From assembly GCA_944381185.1 (NCBI GenBank), contig CALWKE010000002.1:2050-66049 (forward strand): a stretch of DNA of 64,000 bases, read 5' to 3'. The notes beneath the pieces are model-generated. The model did not search any database, was not told where the DNA came from, and worked only from the letters and a program-made list of their open reading frames with translations. This document shows positions 43,988 through 53,383 of this stretch, in pieces. Origin of the DNA: an uncultured Clostridia bacterium (GTDB lineage: Bacteria; Bacillota; Clostridia; Christensenellales; UBA1242). A program made the translations under genes and the position numbers. The stretch's first letter is position 1. The number at the start of each line of letters is the position of its first letter.

Positions 43988-46192
43988 ATGAAACTTGTTC
44001 TTATAGAAGGTCCCGGTAAAAGAGAGAGTGTGCAACACTATTTAGGTAGTGGCTATAAGGTTATGCCAACATTTGGGCATTGCAGAGATTTGCCTGAAAA
44101 AGGTTTGGGTGTTGATGTAAAAAATAATTTTGAACCTGAATATGTTATTTCACCAGACCACAAAAAGACTGTTGATGCAATAAAAAAAGAAATGCAAAAG
44201 GCTGAAGATGTTTACTTTGCTTCCGACCCTGACCGTGAAGGAGAGGCTATTGCATGGCATATGTGCTACATTCTTGGGATTGACCCTAAAAAGGCAAACA
44301 GAATAACATATAATGAAATAAGTGAGTCGGCAGTTAATGAGGCAATAAAAAATCCAAGGCCAATTGATGATAACTTGGTTAATGCACAGCAGGCAAGAAG
44401 AATTCTTGATAGGCTTGTTGGTTACAAAATTTCGCCAATACTTTGCAAAAAAATTCAAAATAAACTTTCAGCAGGCCGAGTGCAGTCAGTAACACTTCGA
44501 CTTGTGGTTGACAGAGAAAGGGAAATTCAAAACTTTAAACCTGAAGAGTATTGGACACTTCAAGTTATATTAAATAAAACAGACGGCTCAAAGGAAACTT
44601 TTAAAGCAACTTTAAACCTTGGTAAAGATAAAACTGTTAAAAGCAAGGAAGAGATGGATAAAATTGTTGAAGCAATTTCTGGTGAAGAATTTGTTGCAAC
44701 AAATGTAAAAAAGTCAGTTACTAAATCTCAACCAAGTGCACCATTTACAACTTCAACTCTTCAGCAAGAAGCACTCAACAGGCTTGGTATGAGCCTTAAA
44801 ACAACAAGCAGTGTTGCTCAAACACTTTATGAAGGCGTTGAAATTGCAGGTGGAAGAAAAACCCCACTTGTAACTTATATTAGAACCGACTCTGTTCGTG
44901 TTGCACCCGAGGCACAGGCAAAGGCTAAAGAATTTATTGAGCAAAATTTTGGAAAAGATTATGTTGTTTCAAAACCTAGGTCTTTTAAAAATAAAAAAGA
45001 TGCTCAAGATGCTCACGAAGCAATAAGACCAATTTCGCTAGACAGGCGTCCTGAAGACCTTAAAGATAAGATTAAAAGAGATGAATATAGACTTTATAAA
45101 CTTATTTATGACAGGTTTTTGGCAAGTCAGATGAGTGAAGCAACCTATAATTCACTTTCGGTTGATATTGAATGTAATGGTTATAAATTCAAAACTACTG
45201 GTAGAACTCTTTTATTTGAGGGTTACACAGCGGTTTATAATAATCAATCAGCTGATGATGAAAATGGAGAGAGTGCAAAACTTCCAAATATTGAAAAGGG
45301 TGACAAATTTGTTGCCAAGGAAACAAAGCCTGAACAAAAATGGACAAAGCCACCTGCAAGATACACCGAAGCAAGTCTTGTTAAGGCTATGGAAGAAAAG
45401 GGTATTGGCAGACCATCAACTTACACACAATTAGTTTCAACGCTCTTTACTCGTGAATATGTGAAGCGAGAAGGCAAGAGTATTGTTCCAACTGAACTTG
45501 GCAATATGGTTGTTGATATGCTTATTAAATTTTTCCCAGATATTATGAATGTTGGCTTTACTGCTGACATGGAAAACAAACTTGATGACATTGAATATGA
45601 GGGTAAAGATTGGCACAAGGTTATAAGCGAGTTTTACGACGATTTTGAAAAAGATGTTATTGCTGCATCTAAAGATAACACAAAATTAAAAGTTCCTGAT
45701 GAAGTTAGTGATGTTGTGTGCGATAAATGTGGTGCAAAAATGGTTATTCGTTCAGGTAAATTTGGCAAATTCTTGGCATGTCCAAACTATCCAACCTGCA
45801 AGAATACAAAGCCACTTGAAGAACCAAAGAAGGTTGTTGCAAAATGTCCAATTTGTGGGAAGAATGTTATTGCACGAAAATCTAAAAAAGGCAAAACATT
45901 TTATGGTTGTGAAGGATATCCAGAGTGCTCTTTTGTTTCGTGGAATATTCCTGCGAATGAAAAATGTCCAAAGTGTGGTGAAGAACTTTTTGTTAAACCA
46001 TATAAATATATGAAAATAATCTCTTGCCCAAAATGTGATTACTCTAGGCGAGAAAAGATTGAAAAAAATAATGAAGCAACTTTAAATGACGATGTTGATT
46101 TTAGCAGAAATGCAACAAATAATACCATGTCAACTCAAGATGAAATAGATATCTTAAACAGGTTAGATGAAGAAAATGAACAAAAAAGTTAA
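43988..46192 (+). CDS. topA: DNA topoisomerase I
   Basis: TOPRIM (MKLVLIEGPGK.., SDPDREGEAIAWH), active-site Tyr block TYIRTDS and three C-terminal 4-Cys zinc ribbons. ATG is residue 10 of the track ORF, after GAAGGAGAG. Confidence 0.95.
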   Translation: MKLVLIEGPGKRESVQHYLGSGYKVMPTFGHCRDLPEKGLGVDVKNNFEPEYVISPDHKKTVDAIKKEMQKAEDVYFASDPDREGEAIAWHMCYILGIDPKKANRITYNEISESAVNEAIKNPRPIDDNLVNAQQARRILDRLVGYKISPILCKKIQNKLSAGRVQSVTLRLVVDREREIQNFKPEEYWTLQVILNKTDGSKETFKATLNLGKDKTVKSKEEMDKIVEAISGEEFVATNVKKSVTKSQPSAPFTTSTLQQEALNRLGMSLKTTSSVAQTLYEGVEIAGGRKTPLVTYIRTDSVRVAPEAQAKAKEFIEQNFGKDYVVSKPRSFKNKKDAQDAHEAIRPISLDRRPEDLKDKIKRDEYRLYKLIYDRFLASQMSEATYNSLSVDIECNGYKFKTTGRTLLFEGYTAVYNNQSADDENGESAKLPNIEKGDKFVAKETKPEQKWTKPPARYTEASLVKAMEEKGIGRPSTYTQLVSTLFTREYVKREGKSIVPTELGNMVVDMLIKFFPDIMNVGFTADMENKLDDIEYEGKDWHKVISEFYDDFEKDVIAASKDNTKLKVPDEVSDVVCDKCGAKMVIRSGKFGKFLACPNYPTCKNTKPLEEPKKVVAKCPICGKNVIARKSKKGKTFYGCEGYPECSFVSWNIPANEKCPKCGEELFVKPYKYMKIISCPKCDYSRREKIEKNNEATLNDDVDFSRNATNNTMSTQDEIDILNRLDEENEQKS

Positions 46193-47483
46193 TGTTATTG
46201 GTTGTGGACTTGCTGGTGCAGAAGCAACTTATCAACTTGCAAAAAGAGGGATTTTTGTTGATGTTTTTGAAATGAAACCAACAAAATTTTCTCCCGCTCA
46301 TTCAAGTTCTAATTTTGCTGAAATTGTTTGTTCAAACTCATTTAAAAGTGAAGACCTTGCAACGGCATCGGGTTGCCTTAAAGCGGAACTTAAAGAACTT
46401 GATTCATTAATATTAAAGTGTGCCGAGCAGGCAAAAGTTCCTGCAGGGTCAGCACTTGCTGTTGACAGGGACAAGTTTAGTGAACTTGTAACAAAAGAAA
46501 TTTTATCACTTTCAAATGTTAAAGTTCATTATGGTGAAGTTGCAAAACTTGATTTATCTGTTCCAACCATTGTTGCAACAGGGCCACTTACAAGCGATGC
46601 TCTTTCAGGCGAAATTAAACAAATTCTTGGCAGTGATAACTTGCATTTTTATGACGCATCTGCACCAATAATCGACGCTGATAGTCTTGATATGACAAAG
46701 ACATTTAAAGCGGGCAGATATGGCAAAGGTGACAGCGATTATATTAATTGTTTTATAAGTAAAGAAGAATATTATAGTTTTGTTGATGAACTTGTTGGTG
46801 CTGAAAGGGTTGAACTTCACGATTTTGAGAAAAAGGAAATTTTTGAAGGGTGTATGCCTATTGAAGTTATGGCTAGTCGTGGAAAAGACACGCTTCGTTT
46901 TGGACCTCTTCGTCCTGTTGGGCTTGAACTTGATGATGGAACAAGACCCTTTGCTGTTGTTCAACTTCGAAAAGAAAGCAATGTTAACAATCTTTATAAT
47001 ATGGTTGGGTTTCAAACAAATTTAAAATTTGGGGAACAAAAGCGAGTGTTTTCAATGATTCCGGCATTAAAAAATGCGGATTTTGTGAAGTATGGTGTTA
47101 TGCACCGAAATAGTTTTATTTGTGCACCAAAGTTTTTAAATCCAGACTATTCTGTTCGTGAAATTCCAAATCTTTATATTGCAGGGCAACTGTCAGGTGT
47201 TGAAGGTTATATGGAAAGCACTGCAAGTGGACTTGTTGCAGGTGTGGCTCTTGCGCATAAAATTTTGGGCAAAACTCTTGCGTTTCTTCCAAAAACTACT
47301 ATAATTGGAGCTATATCAAATTATATTTCAACGGCTGACGAAAAACATTTTCAGCCAATGAATGCTAATTTTGGAATACTTCCAGCACTTGATGAAAAAA
47401 TTAAAGATAAGTCAGCCAAAAAACAGGCATATTCATTAAGAGCGATACATGACATAAAAGAATATAAGGAGAGTTTATGTTAG
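46167..47483 (+). CDS. trmFO: methylenetetrahydrofolate--tRNA-(uracil54-C5)-methyltransferase TrmFO
   Basis: FAD motif [13 protein letters not shown] and full-length collinearity with Gid/TrmFO. The start may be 46167 or 46176. Confidence 0.93.
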   Translation: MKKMNKKVNVIGCGLAGAEATYQLAKRGIFVDVFEMKPTKFSPAHSSSNFAEIVCSNSFKSEDLATASGCLKAELKELDSLILKCAEQAKVPAGSALAVDRDKFSELVTKEILSLSNVKVHYGEVAKLDLSVPTIVATGPLTSDALSGEIKQILGSDNLHFYDASAPIIDADSLDMTKTFKAGRYGKGDSDYINCFISKEEYYSFVDELVGAERVELHDFEKKEIFEGCMPIEVMASRGKDTLRFGPLRPVGLELDDGTRPFAVVQLRKESNVNNLYNMVGFQTNLKFGEQKRVFSMIPALKNADFVKYGVMHRNSFICAPKFLNPDYSVREIPNLYIAGQLSGVEGYMESTASGLVAGVALAHKILGKTLAFLPKTTIIGAISNYISTADEKHFQPMNANFGILPALDEKIKDKSAKKQAYSLRAIHDIKEYKESLC

Positions 47484-48013
47484 ATTTTAAGGGAACAACA
47501 ATTATTGGCGTAAAAAAAGATGGCAAAATTGTGCTTGCTGGTGACGGACAAGTTACTGCAGGTGAGCATACCATTTTTAAGGGAAACGCAAGAAAGGTGA
47601 GAAGAATTTTTAAAGATAAGGTTGTTATTGGTTTTGCAGGCTCAACAGCTGATGCTTTTAACCTTAGTGAGCACTTTGAAAAAATGCTCGAAAAATATTC
47701 TGGAAATTTGGAAAGAGCCGCTGTTGAACTTGCACTGCTTTGGCGTGGTGATAAGGGTATTCGTCAACTTGATGCAATGATGATTGCAGCAGATAAAAAC
47801 CAACTTTTAATTATTTCTGGCAATGGCGATGTGTTTGAACCAGAAGGTGGGGTTTGTGCCATTGGTTCAGGTGGAAATTATGCACTTGCTGCTGGCAAAG
47901 CACTCTATGAAAACACAGACCTTTCAGCAAAAGAAATTGCTGAAAAAGCAATGAAGATTGCAGGTGATATTTGTGTTTACACAAACGACCATATCACAGT
48001 TGAGGAGGTGTAA
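47477..48013 (+). CDS. hslV: ATP-dependent protease subunit HslV
   Basis: ..[22 protein letters not shown].. with N-terminal Thr nucleophile context. 178 aa. Confidence 0.94.
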   Translation: MLDFKGTTIIGVKKDGKIVLAGDGQVTAGEHTIFKGNARKVRRIFKDKVVIGFAGSTADAFNLSEHFEKMLEKYSGNLERAAVELALLWRGDKGIRQLDAMMIAADKNQLLIISGNGDVFEPEGGVCAIGSGGNYALAAGKALYENTDLSAKEIAEKAMKIAGDICVYTNDHITVEEV

Positions 48014-48014
48014 T

Positions 48015-49337
48015 ATGTCTGTTGAACTTTCACCAAAACAAATAGTTAATGAACTTGATAAATATATTATTGGTCAAGATGAAGCAAAAAAGGCGGTTGC
48101 AATCGCTCTTCGAAACAGATACAGAAGAAGCAAACTTCCAGCAGAAATTCGTGAAGAGATTACACCTAAAAACATAATTATGCAAGGTCCAACAGGTGTT
48201 GGTAAAACAGAAATTGCTAGGCGTCTTGCAAGGCTTGTAAAAGCACCTTTTGTTAAAGTTGAAGCAACAAAGTTTACTGAAGTAGGTTATGTTGGAAGAG
48301 ATGTTGAATCAATTGTTCGTGATTTAGCAGAGGCTTCTGTTAGACTTGTTAAAAAGGAAAGATTTGATGAAGTTCGTGAAAAGGCAGAAAATGCAACTTA
48401 CGAAAGATTAATTCAAGCACTTTATCAAAGTTATAAATCAAAACACCCTGACATGACTGATGATGTTCTAAAAAGTCACATTTTAGAAGATATAAAATCT
48501 CATAAGATTGATAATGAAATTGTTGAAGTTGAAATTTTGGAAGATAATAACCCAATGCAGATGATTCCGGGTATGGGTATGGAGATAAATATTTCAGATA
48601 TGCTGGGTGGAATTCTTCCAAAGAAAAGAAAGAAAAAAAGACTTGCTGTTGTTGATGCAAAACATATCTTTTTGAATGAAGAGAGTGAAAAACTTATTGA
48701 TATGGATAATGTTTCAGCCGAAGCCATTAGACGAGCTGAACAAGATGGTATTGTTTTTATTGATGAAATTGATAAAATTACTGGCAAGGGCGGTGCTGGT
48801 TCAAGCAGTCCTGATGTTTCAAGAGAAGGCGTGCAAAGAGATTTGCTTCCAATTGTTGAAGGCTCAACCGTAACAACAAAATATGGTTCAATTAGAACGG
48901 ATTTTATTTTGTTTATTGCAGCAGGTGCTTTTCATATGTCTAAAATTGAAGACCTTATTCCTGAACTTCAAGGAAGGTTTCCAACAACTGTCACTTTAAA
49001 CAGCATAACTTTTGATGACTTTGTTAAAATTTTATCAGATACTGAAAATTCGTTAATAAAGCAATATTCAAGCCTTTTAAATGTTGATAATATTAAACTT
49101 GAATTTGAAAAAGATGGCATTGAAGAAATTGCAAGAATTGCCGTTCTTGCAAATGAAACAAATGAAAATATTGGTGCAAGAAGACTTCACTCAATTATGG
49201 AAAGTTTGCTTGAAGATGTTTCATTTAATGCAACTGGCGAGCACCCACTCATCACAATTAAGATTGACAAAAATTATGTTGATGAACATTTGTCAAACAT
49301 CTGCAAATCATTTGACCTTAGTAAGTATATTTTATAA
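48015..49337 (+). CDS. hslU: ATP-dependent protease ATPase subunit HslU
   Basis: ..[17 protein letters not shown].., Walker [16 protein letters not shown] and Walker [14 protein letters not shown] (residue 20 of the track ORF) follows GAGGAGG. Confidence 0.95.
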   Translation: MSVELSPKQIVNELDKYIIGQDEAKKAVAIALRNRYRRSKLPAEIREEITPKNIIMQGPTGVGKTEIARRLARLVKAPFVKVEATKFTEVGYVGRDVESIVRDLAEASVRLVKKERFDEVREKAENATYERLIQALYQSYKSKHPDMTDDVLKSHILEDIKSHKIDNEIVEVEILEDNNPMQMIPGMGMEINISDMLGGILPKKRKKKRLAVVDAKHIFLNEESEKLIDMDNVSAEAIRRAEQDGIVFIDEIDKITGKGGAGSSSPDVSREGVQRDLLPIVEGSTVTTKYGSIRTDFILFIAAGAFHMSKIEDLIPELQGRFPTTVTLNSITFDDFVKILSDTENSLIKQYSSLLNVDNIKLEFEKDGIEEIARIAVLANETNENIGARRLHSIMESLLEDVSFNATGEHPLITIKIDKNYVDEHLSNICKSFDLSKYIL

Positions 49338-49360
49338 TATTGTTTTAGGAGGTATTATTT

Positions 49361-49696
49361 ATGCTTAATGCAGGAATTATGACCGAAGAAGAATTTGATG
49401 CAATTATTAATTCAAAAAAGATTTGTGTTTGTGATTTTTCAGCTTCTTGGTGTGGACCATGCAGAATGATGGCTCCTGTTCTTGAAGATATTTCAGATAA
49501 ATATAAGGGTAAATATTATTTTTATCAAATTGATATTGATAGTGCGGAAGACCTTGCAAACAAATATCAAGTTTCAGCTGTTCCAACTATAATTGTTTTT
49601 TCAAATGGCAAAGAAATTGGAAGAACAATGAGCTATCAAGATTACTATGAATTTGAAAGATTTTTAAATAATACTGTTAAAAAAGCCGAGCAATAA
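49361..49696 (+). CDS. trxA: thioredoxin
   Basis: WCGPC active site and a thioredoxin-fold length of about 105-111 aa. Confidence 0.92.
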   Translation: MLNAGIMTEEEFDAIINSKKICVCDFSASWCGPCRMMAPVLEDISDKYKGKYYFYQIDIDSAEDLANKYQVSAVPTIIVFSNGKEIGRTMSYQDYYEFERFLNNTVKKAEQ

Positions 49697-49805
49697 TTTG
49701 CTTGGTTTTTTTATAAAAATCGCATTAATTTTAATAAAAATGCAATTTTTTATGGTTAAAATAGCCTAAAATTATAATTTTTTGCGAAAAATTTGTTTTT
49801 TAGTA

Positions 49806-49834
49806 TTGATTTTTGTTTCTTTTAGTTATATTAT
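49806..49834 (+). promoter_or_regulatory. sigma-A promoter of the nifS/nifU-like pair
   Basis: TTGATT-17 nt-TATTAT, 54 nt upstream of the ATG. Follows the thioredoxin terminator. Confidence 0.6.
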
Positions 49835-49859
49835 AATAATATAAATTAAGGAGAAAATT

Positions 49860-51044
49860 ATGGAAGGAAAAACAATCTATTTAGACTATGCTTCAACAAC
49901 TCCAATTTCAGCAGATGTCTATAAAAAGATGCTTGAATGTTTTAACAAATATCAGGGAAACACATCAAGCATTTATGCTCTTGGCAGGCGAGCAGATGCA
50001 GAACTTGAAGAGGCAAGAGTTAAGGTTGCAAAAGCAATAGGTGCCGAGCCAGATGAAATTTATTTTACTTCAGGTGGAACAGAGGCTAATAACTGGGCTA
50101 TTAAAGGTATTGCAAGAGCAAACAAAGATAGGGGTAATCACATCATTACTTCGTGTATTGAGCACCCATCAGTGCTTGAATCTTGCAGAGAACTTGAAAG
50201 AGAAGGTTTTAAAGTTACCTATGTTCCAGTTGATGAAAATGGTGTTGTTGACTATGCGTCAATAATCAAAGCTATTGGACCAAACACAATTTTAATTTCA
50301 ATTATGACTGCAAACAATGAAGTTGGTTCACTAGAACCTATTCGTGCAATTGCAGAACTTGCAAACCAAAATGAAGTTTATTTTCATACTGATGCAGTTA
50401 GTGCAATTGGTGCAATCAATATCAATGTTAAAGAGTTAGGCGTTGACGCACTTTCACTTTCAGCACACACAATCTATGGTCCAAAAGGTGTTGGTGCACT
50501 TTATATTAAGCGTGGAACAAAAATTGATAAGTTTATGTCTGGAACGGGTGAAGAAGGCGGAATGCGTGCAGGCACAGTGAATGTTCCTGCTTGTGCTGGC
50601 TTTGGTGTTGCCATTGAAAATGCAACCACTGAACTTGAAGAAAAAGTTCGTGATGTTAGAGTTCTTCGAAAATATTTTCAAAAGAAAGTTTCAGAAGCTA
50701 TTCATAACATTTCGCTCAATGGTCACCCAACACAAAGACTTGCCAATAACTGTTCAATTTCATTTGAAGGTGCTGAAGCAGAAGCTATTGTTATGATGCT
50801 TGACAAAGAGGGAATTTGTGCTTCAAATGGTTCAAGTTTTGGTGCATTTTTAAACGAGCCATCACATGTTCTTGTTGCAATGGGCAAAGATATGGAAACA
50901 GTTAGGTCAACTGTTCGCTTTACTTTTGGTGCTGAAATTTCAAGAGAAGAAATTGATGGTGTTGTTGAAACACTTCGAAAGATTGTTAAGAAAATCAGAA
51001 GTATTTCTGCTATAAGAATCTATAAAAATAAGGTGGAGTTATAG
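49860..51044 (+). CDS. NifS/IscS-like class V aminotransferase-fold protein, predicted catalytically inactive
   Basis: Collinear with cysteine desulfurases (..YLDYASTTP.., ..SCIEHPSV.., ..FHTDAV.., ..YGPKGVGALY.., ..EPSHVL..). However SxHK reads SAHT (T204) and GSAC reads GSSF (F327). See findings. Confidence 0.85.
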   Translation: MEGKTIYLDYASTTPISADVYKKMLECFNKYQGNTSSIYALGRRADAELEEARVKVAKAIGAEPDEIYFTSGGTEANNWAIKGIARANKDRGNHIITSCIEHPSVLESCRELEREGFKVTYVPVDENGVVDYASIIKAIGPNTILISIMTANNEVGSLEPIRAIAELANQNEVYFHTDAVSAIGAININVKELGVDALSLSAHTIYGPKGVGALYIKRGTKIDKFMSGTGEEGGMRAGTVNVPACAGFGVAIENATTELEEKVRDVRVLRKYFQKKVSEAIHNISLNGHPTQRLANNCSISFEGAEAEAIVMMLDKEGICASNGSSFGAFLNEPSHVLVAMGKDMETVRSTVRFTFGAEISREEIDGVVETLRKIVKKIRSISAIRIYKNKVEL

Positions 51045-51045
51045 T

Positions 51046-51426
51046 ATGATGTATTCAAATAAGATAATGGAAGAATTTTATAATCCTGAAAACTATGGCG
51101 TTATAAAAGGTGCAAGTGGTGTTGGAAAGGTTGTGTCTGATGTTGGCAGTGAGATTATAAAAATTTATATTAAAGTTGAAGGTGACAAAGTCACCGAAGC
51201 ACAATATCAAACTTATGGTGGTGTTGTTGCTATTGCTTGCACAAATATTGCAACAAAACTTATTATGGGCAAGTCACTTTCTGCAATCAGCAGAATGAAT
51301 GAAAATAATATTTTAGAAATAACGGGTGAAATTCCTGAAAACAAGATGTATGTTGTGACACTTGTTGTTAACGCTATGCATGCAGCGGTTGAAAGTTATT
51401 ACAATAAGAGTGCAAAAGATGACTAA
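51046..51426 (+). CDS. NifU/IscU-like protein lacking all three cluster-ligand cysteines
   Basis: Collinear with the IscU N-terminal domain (YSNKIMEEFYNPENYG.., ..IIKIYIKVEGDKV.., ..MHAAVESYY..). CGD->GSE, GC->GG and HC->YV. Start lies 2 nt after the nifS-like stop. Confidence 0.85.
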   Translation: MMYSNKIMEEFYNPENYGVIKGASGVGKVVSDVGSEIIKIYIKVEGDKVTEAQYQTYGGVVAIACTNIATKLIMGKSLSAISRMNENNILEITGEIPENKMYVVTLVVNAMHAAVESYYNKSAKDD

Positions 51427-51510
51427 TAAAAAAAGAGCAAATGCTTAAAGTATTTGTTCTTTTTTATTGACTTGAAAATTTTTTAATTATAATATAGGTC
51501 TAGGTGAAAA

Positions 51511-52104
51511 ATGAGTTTAGTTGAATTTATTAAAAATTTTCAAGAAAAATACCCAAAGTTAAGTGAAATTATTAGATTTGTTATCTTTGGCGGAATTTGC
51601 ACAATTATTGATATGTTTGTTATGGGTATTGTGCTATATGTGTTTGAGCCAAGCATTTATCCAAACTTTTTCAATGTGTTCTATGGTGGTGGTGAACCAA
51701 AAACTATTGCAACAGTTATTGGCACTGGTGCAGGTTTTACAGTTTCGGTTATTTGCAACTATTTATTTTCAACATTTATTGTGTTCAAAGAAAAGGGAAG
51801 GTCGAAATCCGTTAATGGTGTTGTTTTATTTGTAATGTTTGCAGCAATTGGGCTTTTTCTCAACATGGGCGGAATGTGGCTTGGATATGATATTTTAAAT
51901 ATTAATGAATGGGTAACAAAAATCATAATGACACTTATTGTGCTTGTTTATAATTATGCAACTCGAAAACTTATTATCTATAAAAAATTGCCAAACAAAC
52001 AACCAATTAAAGCCCTTGAAACAAAAGAAGAAAAAACTGACAAAGATAAACAATTTGCAACAAATTTAAACCTTATTCAAAATATTGAAAATGAAAACCA
52101 TTAA
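51511..52104 (+). CDS. GtrA family membrane protein
   Basis: ..IRFVIFGGICTIIDMFVMGIVLY.. and 4 TM helices match the GtrA-like family. Has a long polar C-terminal tail. Confidence 0.8.
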   Translation: MSLVEFIKNFQEKYPKLSEIIRFVIFGGICTIIDMFVMGIVLYVFEPSIYPNFFNVFYGGGEPKTIATVIGTGAGFTVSVICNYLFSTFIVFKEKGRSKSVNGVVLFVMFAAIGLFLNMGGMWLGYDILNINEWVTKIIMTLIVLVYNYATRKLIIYKKLPNKQPIKALETKEEKTDKDKQFATNLNLIQNIENENH

Positions 52105-52109
52105 ATTTT

Positions 52110-52133
52110 GAGCAGAATATCTGCTCTTTTTTT
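52110..52133 (+). terminator. rho-independent terminator after the gtrA-like gene
   Basis: GAGCAG-AATAT-CTGCTC followed by TTTTTTT. Confidence 0.75.
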
Positions 52134-52146
52134 GTATAATAATGTC

Positions 52147-52177
52147 GAAACCTCACATACTAGGTGTAGGAGGTTTC
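52147..52177 (+). promoter_or_regulatory. SD-sequestering hairpin in front of the ytxH-like gene
   Basis: GAAACCTC..15 nt..GAGGTTTC is a perfect 8-bp helix whose 3' arm contains the GGAGG SD and ends 2 nt before the ATG. TGTATAAT lies about 7 nt upstream of the helix. Confidence 0.5.
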
Positions 52178-52178
52178 T

Positions 52179-52421
52179 ATGGAAAATTTGCTTAAAGGTA
52201 TGCTTTGGGGTTTTGCAATTGGTGCAGTAGTTGGTGGCATTATGGTTGCCAAAAATAAAAAACTTGCTAGAAAAATCAATGAAGGCATTGATGACGCCGA
52301 AGAAAAAATTCAAGACATGAAAGAAAATATTGAAGAAAAAATAAAAGAAAGCAAAGAGCAAGAAGTTGAATCTGACAAAGATTTTAAAAAAAATCAATCA
52401 AAAAATATAAAAATTGGTTAA
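52179..52421 (+). CDS. YtxH-like small membrane-anchored protein
   Basis: 80 aa. An N-terminal Gly-rich TM (LWGFAIGAVVGGIMVA) followed by a charged helix matches the YtxH/DUF948-like pattern. GGAGG SD. Confidence 0.7.
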   Translation: MENLLKGMLWGFAIGAVVGGIMVAKNKKLARKINEGIDDAEEKIQDMKENIEEKIKESKEQEVESDKDFKKNQSKNIKIG

Positions 52422-52485
52422 AAAAATTAGACAACATTTTTAATTTATGTTATCATTTTAATGTAGATTACTAAAAGGGGCGAAT

Positions 52486-52908
52486 ATGAAGATTGTTGCA
52501 CTTGATATTGGGACTGTTCGAATTGGCATAGCAACAAGTGATATAATGGAAATTATCGCTTCTGCTTATGAAACTTATCGCAGAAAAAATGAAAGTGCAG
52601 ATGTTTTGTATATTGCTAACCTTGTTCGTAATCTTGATGCAGGTTTGGTTGTTATTGGGCTTCCCTTAAAAATGGATGGCAGTGAAGGTCAAAGTGTTCA
52701 AATGGCAAAACGATTTGGTTCACTTCTTGAAAAAGAAATTAGTGTTCCTGTTTGTTATCAAGACGAGCGTCTTTCAACTGTTTCAGCCGAGCGAGTTTTA
52801 ATTGAATCGGGTATGCGTAGGGAAAAGCGTAAAGAAAAAATTGATAGCCTTGCTGCAACATTCATTTTGCAAACATATCTTGATAAAAAGAAAAATTTGA
52901 AGGTATAG
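52486..52908 (+). CDS. ruvX: Holliday junction resolvase-like nuclease RuvX (YqgF)
   Basis: MKIVALDIGTVRIGIATSD.. and ..DERLST..A.. blocks. 140 aa. Confidence 0.92.
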   Translation: MKIVALDIGTVRIGIATSDIMEIIASAYETYRRKNESADVLYIANLVRNLDAGLVVIGLPLKMDGSEGQSVQMAKRFGSLLEKEISVPVCYQDERLSTVSAERVLIESGMRREKRKEKIDSLAATFILQTYLDKKKNLKV

Positions 52909-52938
52909 TTGCACAAAAAAAATAGAGGAGAGTTTATT

Positions 52939-53289
52939 ATGGCAGATGAAGAAAAATTAGAAGATGAAAACCTTCCTGAATCAATGGAACACATGAAAGA
53001 TGATGACGATGATGTTGTTACATTGCTTTCAGCTGACGGAGAAGAAATTGATTTTGTTGAAATTGCAGGCATTGCATATAAAGGTGCGTTCTATGCAATT
53101 TTGCAACCAGTTGAACTTCTTGATGGTATGGACGAAGATGAAGCCCTTGTGTTTAAAGTAACAAGAGGCAAAGATGGCGAAGATAAGTTCGAAATTGAAC
53201 TTGATGATTCTGTTATTGATGCAGTTTTTGCTGAATATAACAAACTTCTTGATGAAGCCGAAGGTGCAGGCACAGATACATCAAAATAA
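52939..53289 (+). CDS. DUF1292 family protein (YrzB-like)
   Basis: Acidic about 116-aa protein with ..LLSADGEEIDFVEIAGIAYKGAFYAILQPVE.. Follows ruvX as yrzB does in Bacillus. ATG is residue 11 of the track ORF, after GAGGAG. Confidence 0.8.
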   Translation: MADEEKLEDENLPESMEHMKDDDDDVVTLLSADGEEIDFVEIAGIAYKGAFYAILQPVELLDGMDEDEALVFKVTRGKDGEDKFEIELDDSVIDAVFAEYNKLLDEAEGAGTDTSK

Positions 53290-53330
53290 TTTGCCATAGA
53301 TATTTATATGTTTTTGTCAAGCAAAAAAAT

Positions 53331-53360
53331 AAAAACACCAAATATTTTTGGTGTTTTTTT
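53331..53360. terminator. bidirectional terminator (DUF1292 gene / alpha-CTD-like gene)
   Basis: AAAAACACCAAA-TATT-TTTGGTGTTTTTTT. Confidence 0.8.
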
Positions 53361-53383
53361 GCATGAGTGAAATTTAGTTTTTA

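Noticed and set aside
46605-47015. 136-aa minus-strand ORF inside trmFO
   Set aside because: Antisense to a full-length, well-conserved TrmFO. Low-complexity K/N/F/I-rich translation with no ribosome-binding site.
50460-50480. K->T (ACA vs AAA) and C->F (TTT vs TGT) in the NifS-like gene being single-base sequencing errors
   Set aside because: Each is one substitution away from the canonical residue. However, the surrounding loop is also diverged (GSSFGAFL vs GSACTSGS), the PLP Gln is changed, and the partner gene has independently lost all three Cys plus the Asp. Six or more coordinated changes are not plausible as errors.
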